Assembly: GCF_001194135.2 (NCBI RefSeq)
Contig: NC_068985.1
Location: 121,974,926 to 122,038,925, forward strand
Source: Octopus bimaculoides
Taxonomy: Eukaryota
Direction of reading: 5' to 3'
DNA: 64,000 nt
Shown here piece after piece: positions 62,677 to 64,000 of this stretch. The notes beneath the pieces are model-generated. The model did not search any database, had not been told where the DNA came from, and saw only the letters and a program-made list of their open reading frames with translations. The position numbers and the translations under genes were made by a program. How positions within the stretch are numbered: position 1 is the first letter of the stretch; each line of letters opens with the position of its first letter.

Positions 62677-64000
62677 GTGGATCAACTTCTTGGATGCATT
62701 ATTATGCTTGAATACAGACCCTGCACTAAAGTGGGATAAACACTTGGACAGAAAATTGTTTCTATGCATTAAATTAATTTTGCATTCTTCTGTTAACTTG
62801 ACTTTTGATATTATGTACTTGATATACAGGAATTTTTAACTGAAATAGATTGGTGTACTGTTGCATGGTTGGGTCATTGGTGACTAAACCAGCACCCCCA
62901 CTGGGCTTGCCTGCTGAGGAAGGTTTCTAGAAACCCAGTAGGAGTAAAAACAAGTCCTGTCAAAAAAGATAGATGAATCTAGTGTGGGTTCAACTTTCTA
63001 GCAATAGCACAGGTCCTCAAAAATTCTGGGTTGGTATCTGGCATGCTGGAAGACCACTGAGAGTGAGACACTCTTTAGCTTTCGTTAAAGCATATCTCTA
63101 GAACCTGATTCAAACCCAGGCTATGTCTGTTCTGATAATCAGCAGTGACTTTGTCAGCAAATCCTCTGCAACGGTCAATAATCAATGGCAAGATGAGCTG
63201 CTATGGATCACACTACCCCAAAGTGACCAGGGACCACATGTGAACTGAGATTCCCACTGAAACTTCAAACTTGAACTCTACACCTCAACAATGAATGACG
63301 ACTATGGTGTCTGCACTATCCAACATGCTTGCTCTCCCAGTGGGGCATTTGTCCATCAGATATGGTCAGCGTTGACTTTAAGAGTAAAACTATGACAAGT
63401 ATATATATTTTTTTTATTGTTTGCAGTGTCTGTGCTTATTAACTTGTTACAGCAACTTAGACAAATGCTCTGGTTGTTACTTTACTGATACTTTATATCC
63501 AGTCACAGTACTTGACAATATACTGTGGGATGTCCCAGATCAGATTGAACTTTGATAATTTGGGTTGCTGGTCAAACATTGATCAGCCTATGCCTGTTCT
63601 ATAAATAGAAAAGAAGTAAGCTGATTGACAAGAACTACTCAATAACACCAACAACAAGCAATATTTAAATACCTAAAACCAGTTACACAATTATACAATG
63701 CTGACTAATCATTAACATAAGCAGAAGCTTATCTCATTAATTTAAAATTTATGACCAGCTATATTATTACTCCTCCTCCTTAATCTGACTGTGGTGAGCA
63801 CTATAATTTAGTTAGTAACATCTTGGTGAAGAAACAGTTTTTTAGGACCTGTTTGATTTCTGATTGAAGCAATATTTCAATTACTGTCAATGCATTTGTT
63901 TGTTAATCTTTTTATCAGGAGGGAAAACAATACCCATGATTCTTTCAAGACTGTTGTGAAAAAGTAAAATATGCTCAAACTGAAGACATATCCCAAATGC

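Overview
AT-rich eukaryotic (animal) genomic DNA from a gapped draft assembly, dominated by microsatellites and transposon relics. The repeat inventory (tRNA/CORE-type SINEs, an RTE LINE with (GAT)n tails, (TA)n/(CA)n/(ACAT)n runs) resembles an octopus genome; this is an inference. Mobile elements supported by translation or terminal structure: RTE LINEs of three kinds, many short elements sharing the RTE 3' tail, R4/Dong-like RLE retrotransposon relics, CR1/L2-group and L1/Tx1 fragments, tRNA-derived SINEs, Helitron/HINE-like elements, a Merlin transposase derivative, a Tc1/mariner end, and hAT- and piggyBac-like MITEs. A CpG-retaining zone at about 24.7-27.0 kb holds two perfect CRE palindromes and divergent splice donors, suggesting a bidirectional promoter. 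Candidate small exons of an unidentified + strand gene and a weaker - strand transcript are listed at low confidence. Most notable: three unrelated minimal hammerhead-ribozyme folds (one in a tRNA-headed SINE, one in a 156-bp inverted repeat), an intact 171-aa ORF with four 21-aa R/E-rich repeats, a PHD-like zinc finger inside the RTE reverse transcriptase region, and a 125-bp near-perfect duplication at a Dong-like insertion. All motif, fold and count statements were made by eye; no database search was run.
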